A stretch of 64,000 nucleotides of DNA from Octopus vulgaris (Eukaryota), in the NCBI GenBank assembly GCA_951406725.2, contig OX597826.1, positions 18,724,001 to 18,788,000 of the forward strand, written 5' to 3'. The notes under the pieces were generated by a model, which had not been told where the DNA came from, did no database searches, and saw nothing but the letters and a program-made list of their open reading frames with translations. Below, one piece after another: positions 50,403 to 62,940 of this stretch. The number at the start of each line of letters is the position of its first letter. Positions within the stretch are counted from its first letter, which is position 1. A program made the position numbers and the translations under genes.

Positions 50403-52318
50403 TTAAAGGAATTTTGAATTTCAGTATGTGTAAATCAAAAAATCAACAATGAACCATTGGCAGACCCCATCTTTTCACTCCCTGTATATATCAAAAGTTA
50501 ACGCATTTGTTTGCAATTTGTAATTCATATGCCATCTCTAATATTCCTTTGTTTTACAATTTTTCTAAACTTAGATTGGCTTCTATAAGTTACACCATAA
50601 GAAATTATTGTCAGATATGTCCAGGAAGCTGTTCTGAGTGTCGTCTGCTTTAATAGAACTGGAAATAATCATATCCTCAGATACTCTAGTTCTAAAACAA
50701 CATATACATCAGAGACCTTTTCAGACATGAGTCATTAAGATTTGAGACATTCTTAAGTAGCAATAAACAGGTGTGTGGTACATAGCATCTAATGAGAAGA
50801 AGTTTATACTTTTATGGAACTTCATTATATGCATTTCAAATTTAGCTGCTTTTGGTGTTAGGAAAGTGTTGAGGAAATTTATGATTATGAAACGGATAAT
50901 GAATATGCAACTATGTGTATGTTGGATGCCCAATGCATTTCAACTCGGGCTGTTGGTACTGGAGTTATGGAGTCAGAATTACAGTCAGTAAAAATGTACT
51001 AACTTTGATGCTGAATAAAAGTAAATCAAATGTCATGAGTTGAAATTTTCAATTTCACAGAAATTAATTTAATTGTTTTCTTCACAGAAAATAATCAGAT
51101 TTAAGGGATTCAATGAAGGCTGATCTGATAGAAGCAGTTCTTTCTCGTAGAAGAAAATAAATTTTTGATTTGGACTTTTGTTTTAAACTCCTCTTCTTCA
51201 AATACAAAAATGTTTGTAAGGATAGATGCCTTGATCTTTTACATTAGAGCATTTGTTTAACTTAATGTTATCTTTTATTCACTTAAATTTCATATTTAAA
51301 CAAAGAATTAACCTCAAAAAAAAAAAGGCTATGTATCTGATTCCAATTATTTATTTTAAAATAGTCCTTTGTTGAAGTTATTCTAGATGTTCAGTCTTTT
51401 AGATTTCATCTTGAAGTCCTTTTGATTTTGTATTGGTAAACAACAATACCCATGATTTTCTTTATAAAATTTCAATAATTTATTTCTTTTTTGTTCTTTT
51501 ACTTTTGATAAAACTAATCTCTTTCTAATTTTTATATCCTTTGTCTTGTATTTAATTGCTTGTAATTTCTTTATCAACTAAAAAGCCTTTAAACCCAAAT
51601 TTTAACACCTTATCAGCCTCTTTAGAACTACAGACAGTTACTCATTAAACCACAAATATACAGTAGTAGCAGGTATCACTGGTGGTTGGTGTGATACCAA
51701 TCCAAACATGGTATAACAAAGGAAGAGAATGTTCAATTAGTATATTACAGGGAAATAATAAGTGTCTTAGAAAAGCCGACTGTTCTACTAGAGAAAGTAT
51801 TTAAGTTGGTGAGTGTAAATACAAGCCAGGTGTTATATAATAGATAGATAGACATGAACTTAACCAATACAATCTTAATTTATGTTAGTAAGATATTCAA
51901 TATAATTTATGTACAGGATTTAGACTTACTATGTTTATTCTGGCTTTAGAATAAGTACAACTTACTTTCACGTGTTGTTAGAAACAGCTAAAAGAATTGG
52001 CAACTGGAAGAGCATCTGGCCATAAAACATTACCCCAGAAAAACTATCCAACACTTGTCACCACTGAAGAGAGAATGTAAAAACCGAGATGGGTGGGTGG
52101 GGGGATGATGATGATGATGTCACATTATATTAAGACATCTGTGTCAAATGCAACAAATTTCAACTGGTCTTGTCTTAGACATAATACCACAAAGGGACTA
52201 ATAAACAGCTAACAAACAACATAGGAAATTTAGTGCTTTGTCATTAGCCTGTGCCATAAATATGGAATAGTGTTATATACACACATACACAAAACAAAAA
52301 CACCACATATAGACGCAC

Positions 52319-52377
<59 letters not shown>

Positions 52378-52408
52378 ACACACACATTATTTATATATAG
52401 ATATGCAT

Positions 52409-52440
<32 letters not shown>

Positions 52441-52648
52441 TATGCATATGTATATATATATATATATATACACACACATATATATATATACATATATACA
52501 CATATATATACACTTATATATGTATACACACCACACATATACACATAACTATGTATGTATATGTCTAATCTAATTTATCTACATCTAGGTATGTGTATAT
52601 AAGTTGACACAAAGGAGTGCAAACATAGAAAAGTTAAAGAGAGAGAGG

Positions 52649-52749
<101 letters not shown>

Positions 52750-52998
52750 AAAAAGCACAGAATAGGGGAATAGATGATTAGTTATACAGATTTACACACA
52801 GACTTGCATATATAGATCACTATAAAAAAATGATTTGAATAAACAATTCAGATTTACAATTTCAGAATGTTTCACTTAAAAGAGTCTTGTGGTGGCAGTA
52901 AATTATTTCATAAAATTGTATTGCTTTCACCTTATATTACCCTCTGTTTCTCTCATTCACTCACCTCCAGCTTCCTCTTTTCTTTAGTAATCTATTCT

Positions 52999-53079
<81 letters not shown>

Positions 53080-53496
53080 TTATGTTTATGTAATTATATT
53101 TTCAAATAAAATGGGCGCACACACATACATATATATATACAGACACATCTATATATACAAATAAAATTACTGATATACATAAACATAACTAAGTGTGTGT
53201 GTGTGTGTGTATGTGTGTGTAATTTGTGAGTGTGTCTTTGTATAGCAGTTGTATTGTAGTCTAGCCATTGTAAATGTTAAAAATCACGCAACCAATGTTG
53301 TCTTCTCTTTTACTTAATGATTATTTTGCAATAATGATTTATATGATTAAGTATCTGAGACTTTTGTCATGTATCTATGACCTGGTCACTAAATACTCTG
53401 TTTCTTTGTATTAGAATATCAAGGACCAGCACAGGATGAAGGCAGGGGATGCATAATAATATGTATTATTTCATGATGATGATGATGATGATGATG

Positions 53497-53630
53497 AAAA
53501 TAATTCTTTCCACAATAGGCACAATACTTGGAATTTGGGGTAAGTGGGACTAGTGGATTAATTGACCCCAGAGCTCAACTGATAGTTACTTTATTGACCC
53601 TAAAAGGATGAAAGGCAAAGTCAACCTTAG
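53497..53630 (-). mobile_element. SINE family C, 3' fragment
   Basis: ttgacccc...tttattgaccctaaaaggatgaaaggcaaagtcaacc. Confidence 0.78.
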
Positions 53631-53670
53631 TATAATAATAATGATGATGATGATGATGATGATGCTGATG

Positions 53671-53715
<45 letters not shown>

Positions 53716-53774
53716 TTATAATAATAATAATAGTAATAATAATAGTAATAATAATAATAATAATAATAGCAATA

Positions 53775-53805
<31 letters not shown>

Positions 53806-53861
53806 TAGTAATAATAATAATAATAATAATAGTAATAATAATAATAATAATAATAGTAATA

Positions 53862-53909
<48 letters not shown>

Positions 53910-53912
53910 GTA

Positions 53913-53943
<31 letters not shown>
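53631..53943. repeat. (GAT)n/(AAT)n microsatellite, ~310 bp
   Basis: Directly visible. Confidence 0.97.
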
Positions 53944-54860
53944 GGGAAACCTTCTGGGATGGTATATCAAATGGCAGATTGAACCTTTATTTGTTACTGT
54001 TAGAAATAGCAACAGGATACATTGTGAAAATGTGACATTTAAGAAACAAGATAGCAAACAAAGATCAAACAACTGGAAAAGGAAAAAGATGCATGGACAA
54101 TATCTGAAGGAAATCGAAGGGAAGATAAAACTGACACCTGAAGGTGGCTGAGGAAAAGTGATCTGAAAGGATGCAGTGAGGCATTGATATGCAATGGCCA
54201 TGAACAAGTTCCAAATAGATAAAAGCAGTGTAGGGAGTGTGGCAGCCAAAATGAAACAAAATCACAGTGTAGCAAAAGGAGGCATGATAATGTGGCTAAG
54301 TTTGTTTACTGGAGATTGTGTGAGAAGTATGGTCTTGAAATAACATGGAAATTGTACAACCATAAATCAGAAGGAATCACTGAGAATGATGAGTTTAAGA
54401 TCTTATGGGATTTTACAATCCAGTGTAGCTCCCTGGTTGATGCTCAGAGACCAGACATTGTTGTAGTGAATAAAAGGAAGAAGGAAATGAAGATCTTAGA
54501 TATTGCCACATCTGGGGATACATGAGCGAGTGACAAATTTTGAAAAGTACAAGCTACTAAAAGATGAAATTGCATGAATGTGAGCAAGGAAGAGAGCAAC
54601 TATCATCCCAGTAGTTGTAAGGGCAGTTGGAACACTAACAACCAAGTTTGAGAAATATGTTGAAGAAATTTAAATTGACATGAGAGTAGAGTATACCCAG
54701 AAAACTGCTAAATTGGGGACAGCAAGGACTTTCAGATTGGTACTTAGATGTTAAGTATTGTGGAAAAAGACTCTGTGAGACCGTTGTCAAAAGGTTGCTG
54801 TTTGCTCTTGCAGAATTAACCAGAGTAAATAAAGTTGAGAGTGCTGAGAAGTAAAATAGA
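53944..54860 (+). mobile_element. 5'-truncated Dong/R4-clade LINE, second family
   Basis: KMHGQYL, RHDNVAKFVYW, KILWDFTIQC...RPDIVVV...ILDIA, IPVVVRAVG, LGTAR; (TAA)n on both sides. Confidence 0.88.
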
Positions 54861-55942
54861 AATAATAATAATAATAATAATAATAACAACAACAACAACA
54901 ACAACAACATATGAACAGCAATGACAAAAGACTGATACCTCTGGAGATATGCTGTGATTGAGAAGACCCATCAAGTAAAGTGAGATGACAGCTGTACCAA
55001 TGTCACATAACCAGCCCATTTAAAAAGTACCAAAAGCAATAATAATAATAATAATAACAATAATAAACTGAAGATATAAAAGGAAATGAAAAGAAAGAAT
55101 TAAACTGGAGGAAAAGAATAGAAATGAAGCTGGAAAAGACACAGAAAGAGCTGAGGCAATTGAATTGGATGATGTGGGTTTGAATATATAAACATAGTTT
55201 GTTTTAATGTCTACTTTCACATACTGGCATGGATCTGACAGAATTCATTGAGATCTTTCCCTGGCCTGATGACATTCCTATTAATACCCCTCACCAGTTA
55301 CCATTGAAGATAATATTTCCAAGATAATATTTCCGAATGAGCCACACAATGGGACCAAACCTGAAGCCATGTGGTTAGGAAGTAAACTTTATGACCACAT
55401 GGCCATGTGAACACACACTCACATTCATGGGCACAGACCTGAACAATGTTCATATAAAAATCAGAAGCTGTCCAGGCAGCAAATCTCCCTTTCCAACCCC
55501 TAAATATTACTGAAGGAAAAAGCAAGGACCAGTGTTGACACAAAAGTTGCAAAGAATCAAAGCTGAGAACAATTTTGGATTGGTTTAGGAATTCTGATAT
55601 TAAATTTAGGTTTAGAATTTACTTAAGAAGCCTTTCCTAGGAGTGGATATGGTTACAAGCAGCAGAAGTTTGAAATCAGAATTTGACTTTGGATGAACCA
55701 CCTCCCTAGGCTGATGAGTTCCATCGACTTGAAGCTTTAATTTAATATTCTCAGCTCCTGGCTGTTCCTCTTATTGGTAAAAACAGATCCATAGAAATTA
55801 GTGATTAAGCCATACGAGAAAGACAGGAGTTGCAACTGGTTGTTGAAGCTTTCTGAAAGATGTGTCGCAAGGAGCACTTTTATAGTAGCAGGCACCAGCT
55901 CCTACCACCACCAGTTGATTTCGTTACTTTAATGCATGCATA

Positions 55943-55974
<32 letters not shown>

Positions 55975-56656
55975 GTCGACACCACTGACAGGTTTATAAA
56001 TAACTTAAAACAAATAACACCTCTGATTAAAAAGTATTTTAGTCTCCACCACCTTTATAAAAGCTATTAATGTATATTTCAGACAAAACGCTAATATTGA
56101 ATGTGTGTGCAAGGGAAATGGTATCTCTACTATATGTCTACTCATGCAACGTGATATATGATATTATGAAAATATTAGAGAAACAGTAATAATACTATAG
56201 ATAAACTATAAGGGAAACAATAATATAACTCTAGATAATTCAGTTGATGTATCAGTAATTCAGCCACAATGTTTTCACTCTAATACCAGATTCCATAACA
56301 GAAAATAAACAATTCAAATATGAATGAAATTTTACACAATCATCACTTGAGATTACGTTGATGTTCAAGCAGGTCTTTGGTCAAAGAGCCAATAGTTTTT
56401 TTATTCAGACACAGAACATCTAGAATTACACTATTCAATGTTGCCTTTCCAAAAAGACTGTAATCTTATTGGACGATTTAGTTGTTATTTCTAGCAAATA
56501 AAACAACTACATAGAAACCTCATAGTTGATTTAATTTAAGTATTTTATAATACCTGGCATCACATTGCACTCAGAGACAAAGTTCTGGCATTTTACATAC
56601 ATACATATGTATGTACATACATACATACATACATACATACATACATACATACATAC

Positions 56657-56995
56657 TTATTGGGGCCCTGGGATATGTAACACACTGCCTAAATACCAAT
56701 CTTGAGAAATTAGGCTTCTCAAAACCAGAAAGGAGAAAGCTAATTTATAGACTACAGATCCAATCCATCACTGGAACTGTAAAAATCTGTAAAACTTATC
56801 AGAAGTTTATCATTTAAGTATACATGAGCATGTCTAGATATGCAAGTATATGCCTGAGAATACATACATAAAACAAACAAATCTGCACATACATACATAC
56901 AAACAAAAATACCCCGTTGTTGATGTTGAAATTCCAATGAAGGAGCCTTGGATCTAGGTTAGAAACCGGTTCTATCTCCATTGGCAAGAATAATG
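56657..56995 (+). mobile_element. 3' end of an RLE-type non-LTR retrotransposon inside (CATA)n
   Basis: IGALGYV...LEKLGF...LQIQSITGTVKICK..II* (RLE C-terminal pattern) plus ~180-bp UTR. Confidence 0.75.
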
Positions 56996-57059
56996 ACATA
57001 CATACATACATACATATTTAAGCATAGAATTTGGCCAAAAGAAATGTTCATATTTGGTT

Positions 57060-57365
57060 ATAGAATGAGGAAAGTCAGTCCCCCAAACCCAAAACCTCAA
57101 CGGTCTCTCTATCTCTCCCATTCCCATACAAAGAATGTCACAGGTACCTGGGCATAGACGAATATGTATCAGATGAAGGTACTGTGAATAAAGATTGAGT
57201 GACCTGAGAATATTATACCAGACTTAGGAAAATATGGCAGTCAGAACTCTCCTCTTACAACAAAATAATATTTCACAATGCATTTGCAGTACCAGTGCTG
57301 ATCCCAACATTTGGGATACTTCATTGGTCTGTAAAGGAAATCCACTCCATAGATATCAAAACCCA
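57060..57365 (+). mobile_element. Dong/R4-type RT thumb fragment
   Basis: RYLGIDE...EYYTRLRKIWQSELSSYNKIIFHNAFAVPVLIPTFGILHWSVKEIHSIDIKT. Confidence 0.82.
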
Positions 57366-57369
57366 CAAA

Positions 57370-57761
57370 ATACAAGCAGGAGAATCCAGTCATGGCTGTC
57401 AGACAATTCCTGCAACCACATCATTCTTAACATCTAGCCTCCTAACTCCCCAGACTGCAACCCCCTTGATTATTATGTGTGGAGCACAGTTGAGCAAGAG
57501 GCCAACAAAACTCCTTGTAACACCAAAGATGAACTGAAGGCAAGAATTATGGCAGCATTCACCAACTTAAACAGAGTCCAGAAGAGTTAAGGAGATTCCA
57601 AAGTCATCAGGAGGCCATGGTTAGAGTCAATGGTGATTTTAATGAATAAATTTACTCTTTAGTATTTCAAGATATTTTGATGTAATTTTGGTAAATATAT
57701 GTTAAAATGAGATGTCAGTGTTATTTTCATTTTTGCATGATTTAGACAACAATTTATTCAC

Positions 57762-57763
<2 letters not shown>
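57370..57763 (+). mobile_element. maT/Tc1-like 3' fragment
   Basis: SWLSDN...PPNSPDCNPLDYYV; colinear with 22760-23145. Confidence 0.88.
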
Positions 57764-57816
<53 letters not shown>

Positions 57817-57844
57817 GTGCGTGCGTGTGTGTATACACAACAGT

Positions 57845-58000
57845 CTTGTTTCAGTTTCCGTCTACCAAATCCACTCACAAGGCTTTGGTCAGCCCGAGGT
57901 TATAGCAGAAGACACTTGCCCAAGATGCCTGGAGGTGACACTGAACCCAAAAACCATGTGGCTTGGAAGCAAACTTCTTACCACACAGCTATGGCAGCAC
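57845..58000 (-). mobile_element. SINE family A, 5' module
   Basis: Reverse-complement homologue of 41-203. Confidence 0.85.
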
Positions 58001-58019
58001 CTATATATATATATATATA

Positions 58020-58398
58020 TGGATGGAAGCACTCCGTCGGTTACGACGATGAGGGTTCTGGTTGATCCGAATGAACGGAACAGCCTGCTCGTGAAATTAA
58101 CGTGTAAGTGGCTGAGCACTCTACAGACACATGTACCCTTAACGTAGTTCTCGGGGATATTCAGCGTGACACAGAGAGTGACAAGGCCGGCCCTTTGAAA
58201 TACAGGTACAACAGAAACAGGAAGTAAGAGTGAGAGAAAGTTGTGGTGAAAGAGTACAGCAGGGATCACCACCATCCCCTGCCGGAGCCTCGTGGAGCTT
58301 TAGGTGTTTTCGCTCAATAAACACTCACAACGCCTGGTCTGGGAATCGAAACCGAGATCCTATGACCACGAGTCCGCTGCCCAAACTACTGGGGCCAT
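58020..58398 (-). mobile_element. tRNA-derived SINE (tRNA head + alternative body + tail X), CpG-rich and apparently young
   Basis: Minus-strand head TGGCCCC AGTAG...GGTTTCGATTCCC; tail shared with 12710-12885; flanked by (TA)n. Confidence 0.85.
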
Positions 58399-58694
58399 AT
58401 ATATATAAATAGTTAAACAAATAAACTAGTTTGATTTAAATTTGCACAAAACTGCTTTATACAAGCAGGCTGAGTAACCATTAGACAAAATTTACAGTTT
58501 AGTTGTCTAATACAAAAAATTGGCTGCATGAAAAATTAAATTCATACACCCTCTAGCTATTTATACAAATTTTTTAGCATTTATTTTAACAGAAAATAGC
58601 TAGCAAAATTACTACACAACCTTCCACAAATATAGAGGTCAAAATTCACATAAATATTACAATAACATAACACTTAACAGATTTTTGTACTCAC

Positions 58695-59034
58695 CCAGAT
58701 GTGACACAGAAATTATTTAAATCTGACAAGCAAATGTTCTGGCGAATTCCTGGAGCATAACATAAAGCCATAAATGCCTAACACAAAGCACAAAAACTGC
58801 ATAAACTAAGCAGGCGATCACAGCTTCCAGAATCCATTTGAACAGACTTGTCTCACAGAAAAAAAACTTTAACTGTCACAAAAACTGAGTGTACAATTAT
58901 CTGCTTATAAAGGTTTGCTAAGGTCTAGCCAATTTGTTAGAGTTTCACAGCTTGGCTATTTACCTAACTTCCCCCATTTTGACAATGGACTTCATCATGA
59001 CCTTACAGTGCAGCATGCAAAACTGTCTGTTTAC
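58695..59034 (-). other. Possible host exon (5' UTR / start-codon exon)
   Basis: Non-repetitive; donor GG|GTGAGT at 58694; candidate acceptors TTTTAACAG (59035) or TTTGTGTTAG (58778); ATG at 58771 is open to the donor (MALCYAPGIRQNICLSDLNNFCVTS); no homology recognised. Confidence 0.22.
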
Positions 59035-59169
59035 CTGTTAAAATTTATAATGCAGTGCAGGTATTATTTCGTAATATACTCATAGAACTGTCATAATTTT
59101 AAAGAAAACCTTATTTCCTAACAATATATATATAGTCCATTAAAAAAAATAGAGAAAAAAAAGAAAAAA

Positions 59170-59415
59170 ACAAACAAATGTGGGGACGTAGCACAAGCAA
59201 TGTGTTAATATGATACTCAGGGAAAGAAGAGAGTTGTTTTACGTTTCAAGCATAGCTCTTTGTTGGAAACAGGAAAAGCAGGCAAGTCCAAAGGGAAAGA
59301 ATGAAGAATGAAGAAAACTGGCCAACAGTCCATGTGTGGTTACGTTTCTGAAGTAACTGGAAGTAGGAGGAAGAGGAAGTGCTTTCTGGGACAAGAGAGT
59401 GTGAAGAAGATGGTC
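59170..59415 (-). mobile_element. Penelope terminal repeat with decayed hammerhead
   Basis: Minus strand CCAACAA-AGAGC-tat-GCTT-GAAACGT; lies downstream of the ORF at 59790-61270; homologue at 19185-19380. Confidence 0.6.
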
Positions 59416-59789
59416 AGTGTGTGTTTGTGTGTGTGTGTGTGTGGTAGCATGTGTGTGCATATGGTGGTAACTGTGTGAGTGTGTGTGGTATTAACTGTGT
59501 TTTTGTGTGTGAGTGTGTGAGTGGGTGCATTGCCAAGGATGTGGGTATTATGTGTGTGGGTGTGCATGTGTGTGTGCACGTGGGTGTGTGTGTACAAGTG
59601 TGCATGCATGAGTGTGTGTGTGTGTGATGTGTGGCATAAGAATATAAAAAATAAAGACTAATACAAATAAATAATAAAAAATAAAAATTAGTAATAATAA
59701 AAAATAAATAAAAAAGATTATGTGAATAAATCAGTAATAGAAAAAAAATGTTTAAATCAGTAACAGAAATAAATAAAAATTAAATATAA

Positions 59790-61270
59790 AGTTTATTGCA
59801 AAGATTGCACCTGATGCAGTAAATGAGGCTTGAAGAAGTGCTGGAGGAGGAGTGCATAATGGTTGGATCCAGGTGTCACTGGTGATGAAAGGACAGGTGT
59901 GGCGAGAAGGTCTGGAGCAAGGGAAGGATCCAGATTGGGTTGAAATGGAGGCAGGAGGGGACTATGGGCCAGTAGATCGCATAGGCTATGGGCACATTTG
60001 AAGGAGGGCAAGTGTGGGTTGGAGAACATAGGGAGGGTGGTGGGATATAGCTGGAAGTGTAGGGTGGAGGGGTGGAGGGGTGGAAAAGGAGGGAAAGGAG
60101 ATGCAGTTGGGGGTCAGTGTGAGTAAGGAGATAAGGCAGTAGTGTGATTGATTTAACAAACATGGGTAACAGTGGATGGGTATCCATGATGCAGGAACAA
60201 GAGGGCCAGGTATTGGGACTGGGTCTCGAAATCCTGGCCTCAGCTGCACGGGCATCAGTGGCAGAGGAACTGGGAGGAAGAAAAGTTGAGGTAGAAGTGG
60301 GAGTCTGCAGGTTTAAAGAAGGCAGAGGTATGAGAGAGTGGGTGAAGGGATCAATGGAGAGAGAGATATTGAGGAAGTTTATGAAAGTATCGGCGATGGT
60401 AGAGATGAATTCAAGAGAAGGGTGGAAGTTAGAAACGAAAGAGATGAAATTGGAGAGCTGTTCATGGGAGAGGGAGGTAGCGCTAATACAGTCGTCTATA
60501 TAGTGGCTGTATCGTTCTGGGGTCAGTCCGGAAAACTGAGAAGATTTTGGCCTCAACATAACCAACAAATAAGTTGGCAAAATTGGGGCCCATTCTTGCT
60601 CCCATAGTGACACCAGAGGTTTGCTGGTAAATCTGTCCTGTAGACTTAAAGCAGTTGAGGATGAGGACGAGTTCTACTAGGTGGAGAAGGGTAGAGGTGC
60701 TAGGTGGGGTTCGGGGTGATGGTCGAGGAAGTATTGGAGGGTTAAGAGGCTGTCGTTGTGGGAGATCACAGTGTACAGGGATTTTATGTTCATGGTGAAA
60801 AAGAGGCATGAAGGGCCAGGAGTGAAGAAAGTATTGAAGAGGTGAAGGGTGTAATTGATGTCATGTATATGAGATGGGAAGGCAGCAACTAGAGGGGAAA
60901 GGATGAGGTCAAGATATTTGGAGATAAGTTCTGTGGAACAGAAACAATGTGGCAGCCTGGGTTGTCAGGTTTGTGTATTTTGGGAAGGAAATAGGTGATG
61001 GAGGTACAAGGTGTTTGGACAATGAAGTTGGCGTCAGTTTGGGCAGAAGACGAGACAAGGTCATGGATGGTGGAGGAAACGTTTCTGGTAGGAGGGGTGG
61101 GGTTGGAGGAAAGGAAGCAATAGAATATGGGGTTCCAAAGATGATGGAGTGCTTCCTCCTTGTACAGGCCACACCACCACTGCTCTACCTTTGTCTGCTG
61201 GCTTGATGACAATATTGTATGGTGATGGAGGTTGTGAAGGGCAACCAACTCAGCCTGGGTGATAAGAATG
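59790..61270 (-). mobile_element. Degenerate Penelope-like element (RT + start of GIY-YIG)
   Basis: PADKGRAVVVW; YFLPKIHKPDNPG; YQQTSGVTMGARMGPNFANLFVGYVE; HYIDDC; INFLNI; SSSLIYCIRCNLC. Confidence 0.93.
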
Positions 61271-61624
61271 ACTTACACGTATATGCACACTCTGCCACAC
61301 ATCACAAAGTATATTGCAATAAGTTGTCCACATCTGCATTTCCTGGTGGTGCACTCTACATAGTCACTACATAGTCACCAAAGACTCACCACGGATATTA
61401 TACATCTATTGGCCTAGGACATTCAACAAAGAATATCCCAACTCCATTAAACAAGCTCTGTCCAGGGTTAGAAAGAGATTCCATGTCGGCTGCCTCTGAT
61501 GAGTGCCAGGTTACATAATCAGATTGTTACCTCACACTCTGTTGAATCTCTGACACAAAGCTGATTGGTAAGATTGACTGTAATATATATATAATACTGC
61601 ACACCTTAGATAATATATATGTCT

Positions 61625-61862
61625 GTGTGTGTGGTGTCTCTTTGTGTCTGTGTTTGTACCCCATCACTGCTTCACAAATAGTGTTTGTGTATTGACATCC
61701 TCATAACTTAACTAACTTTGTGTTTCAGCAAAAGAGACTGATAAAACAAGAACCCCGCTTAAAATATTAAGTCCTGGTGTCAATTTGTTCAAATTTAAAT
61801 CCTTCAAGGTAGAACCTCGGCATGGCCACAGTCTGATGACTGAAACAAATATAAAAAGATAA
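61625..61862 (+). mobile_element. SINE family A, 3' module
   Basis: gtgtctgtgtttgtacccc...gcatggccacagtctgatgactgaaac. Confidence 0.8.
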
Positions 61863-62033
61863 TATATTCTTCCCCAGAGTATGTACTCAGGAAGAGAAGT
61901 AGACACCCATAATTCCTTCACGGGGTCTTTGAGATTAGAAGACCACATGGACGGTATCCTCAAACCCAAGGCCTGGACCAAATACTTGTGATAAAGAGGA
62001 TTCTACTTAGGGCATTAAAACTGCCAGATGGTA

Positions 62034-62178
62034 CATTATGTACATTATTTACATTTGACAGATATTTGTCCTCATCTTGTTTGTTGTTAACACATTTCAG
62101 TTGATATACCCTCCAGCATTCATCAGGTGTCTTGGGGAAATTTTAAACCTGGGTTCTCATTCCTAAGGTATTTTTCAA

Positions 62179-62215
<37 letters not shown>

Positions 62216-62230
62216 ATTGTTGTTGTTGTA

Positions 62231-62268
<38 letters not shown>

Positions 62269-62350
62269 CATTCAGGTCACCGCCTGGAATCAAACTTGGA
62301 ATCTTGGGGTTAGTAGCCCACACTCTTAGCCACTATGCCATATGCCTGTG
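62034..62350 (-). mobile_element. tRNA-like head + (AAT/AAC)n + hammerhead unit (copy of the 31622-31920 terminal repeat with no ORF sequence)
   Basis: Minus strand GGCATATGGCATAGTGG...AGTTTGATTCC, microsatellite, then GACAC-CTGATGA-ATGCTGG...TCAACT-GAAAT-GTGTT (62089-62131). Confidence 0.82.
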
Positions 62351-62386
62351 TCTATCACCCAAGTCGGCCACTGAAGAATTTGAACT

Positions 62387-62432
<46 letters not shown>

Positions 62433-62862
62433 ATGTGTGTGTGAGAGAGAGAAAGCTTGTGCATATGTTTGTATGCTTGTTAATATACATGTATACATAT
62501 ATTTATTTTCATATATTTACATTATATGGAAATATGGAAGTGACTAATACAATGACATTTGTATTATGAAGCCATGCTGGCAGACAAAGATGGAACAGTG
62601 TTTGCGACACTAGCTCTGGTTCCACATCAGTAACTGCTTTCCATAATTTTAATATACTATCAGGTTAGTTTCCAGACAAACACTTCAGGTGTAACATTTG
62701 TAAAAAGCTAATTGTGAATTGTTTATGTAGCTGAAGAGAGCCTGAAGATCAAAACACTGGACTCTCCAGTAATTTACCAGTTTTCTTAAAGTGGTAAAAG
62801 TTTTGTTTCTTAATGACAACATGTAATAAGAAATAGAACAATACTATAGAGATAACTTATAC

Positions 62863-62940
<78 letters not shown>

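Noticed and set aside
53716-54249. 177-aa poly-Leu ORF and similar YI/CV/HT/MYVC ORFs (e.g. 41541-41893, 48075-48694, 19297-19788)
   Set aside because: Translations of microsatellites; the ORF track also uses non-ATG starts that do not suit a eukaryote
55710-55740. CTGATGAG hammerhead candidate
   Set aside because: No GAAA box in register and no convincing stems
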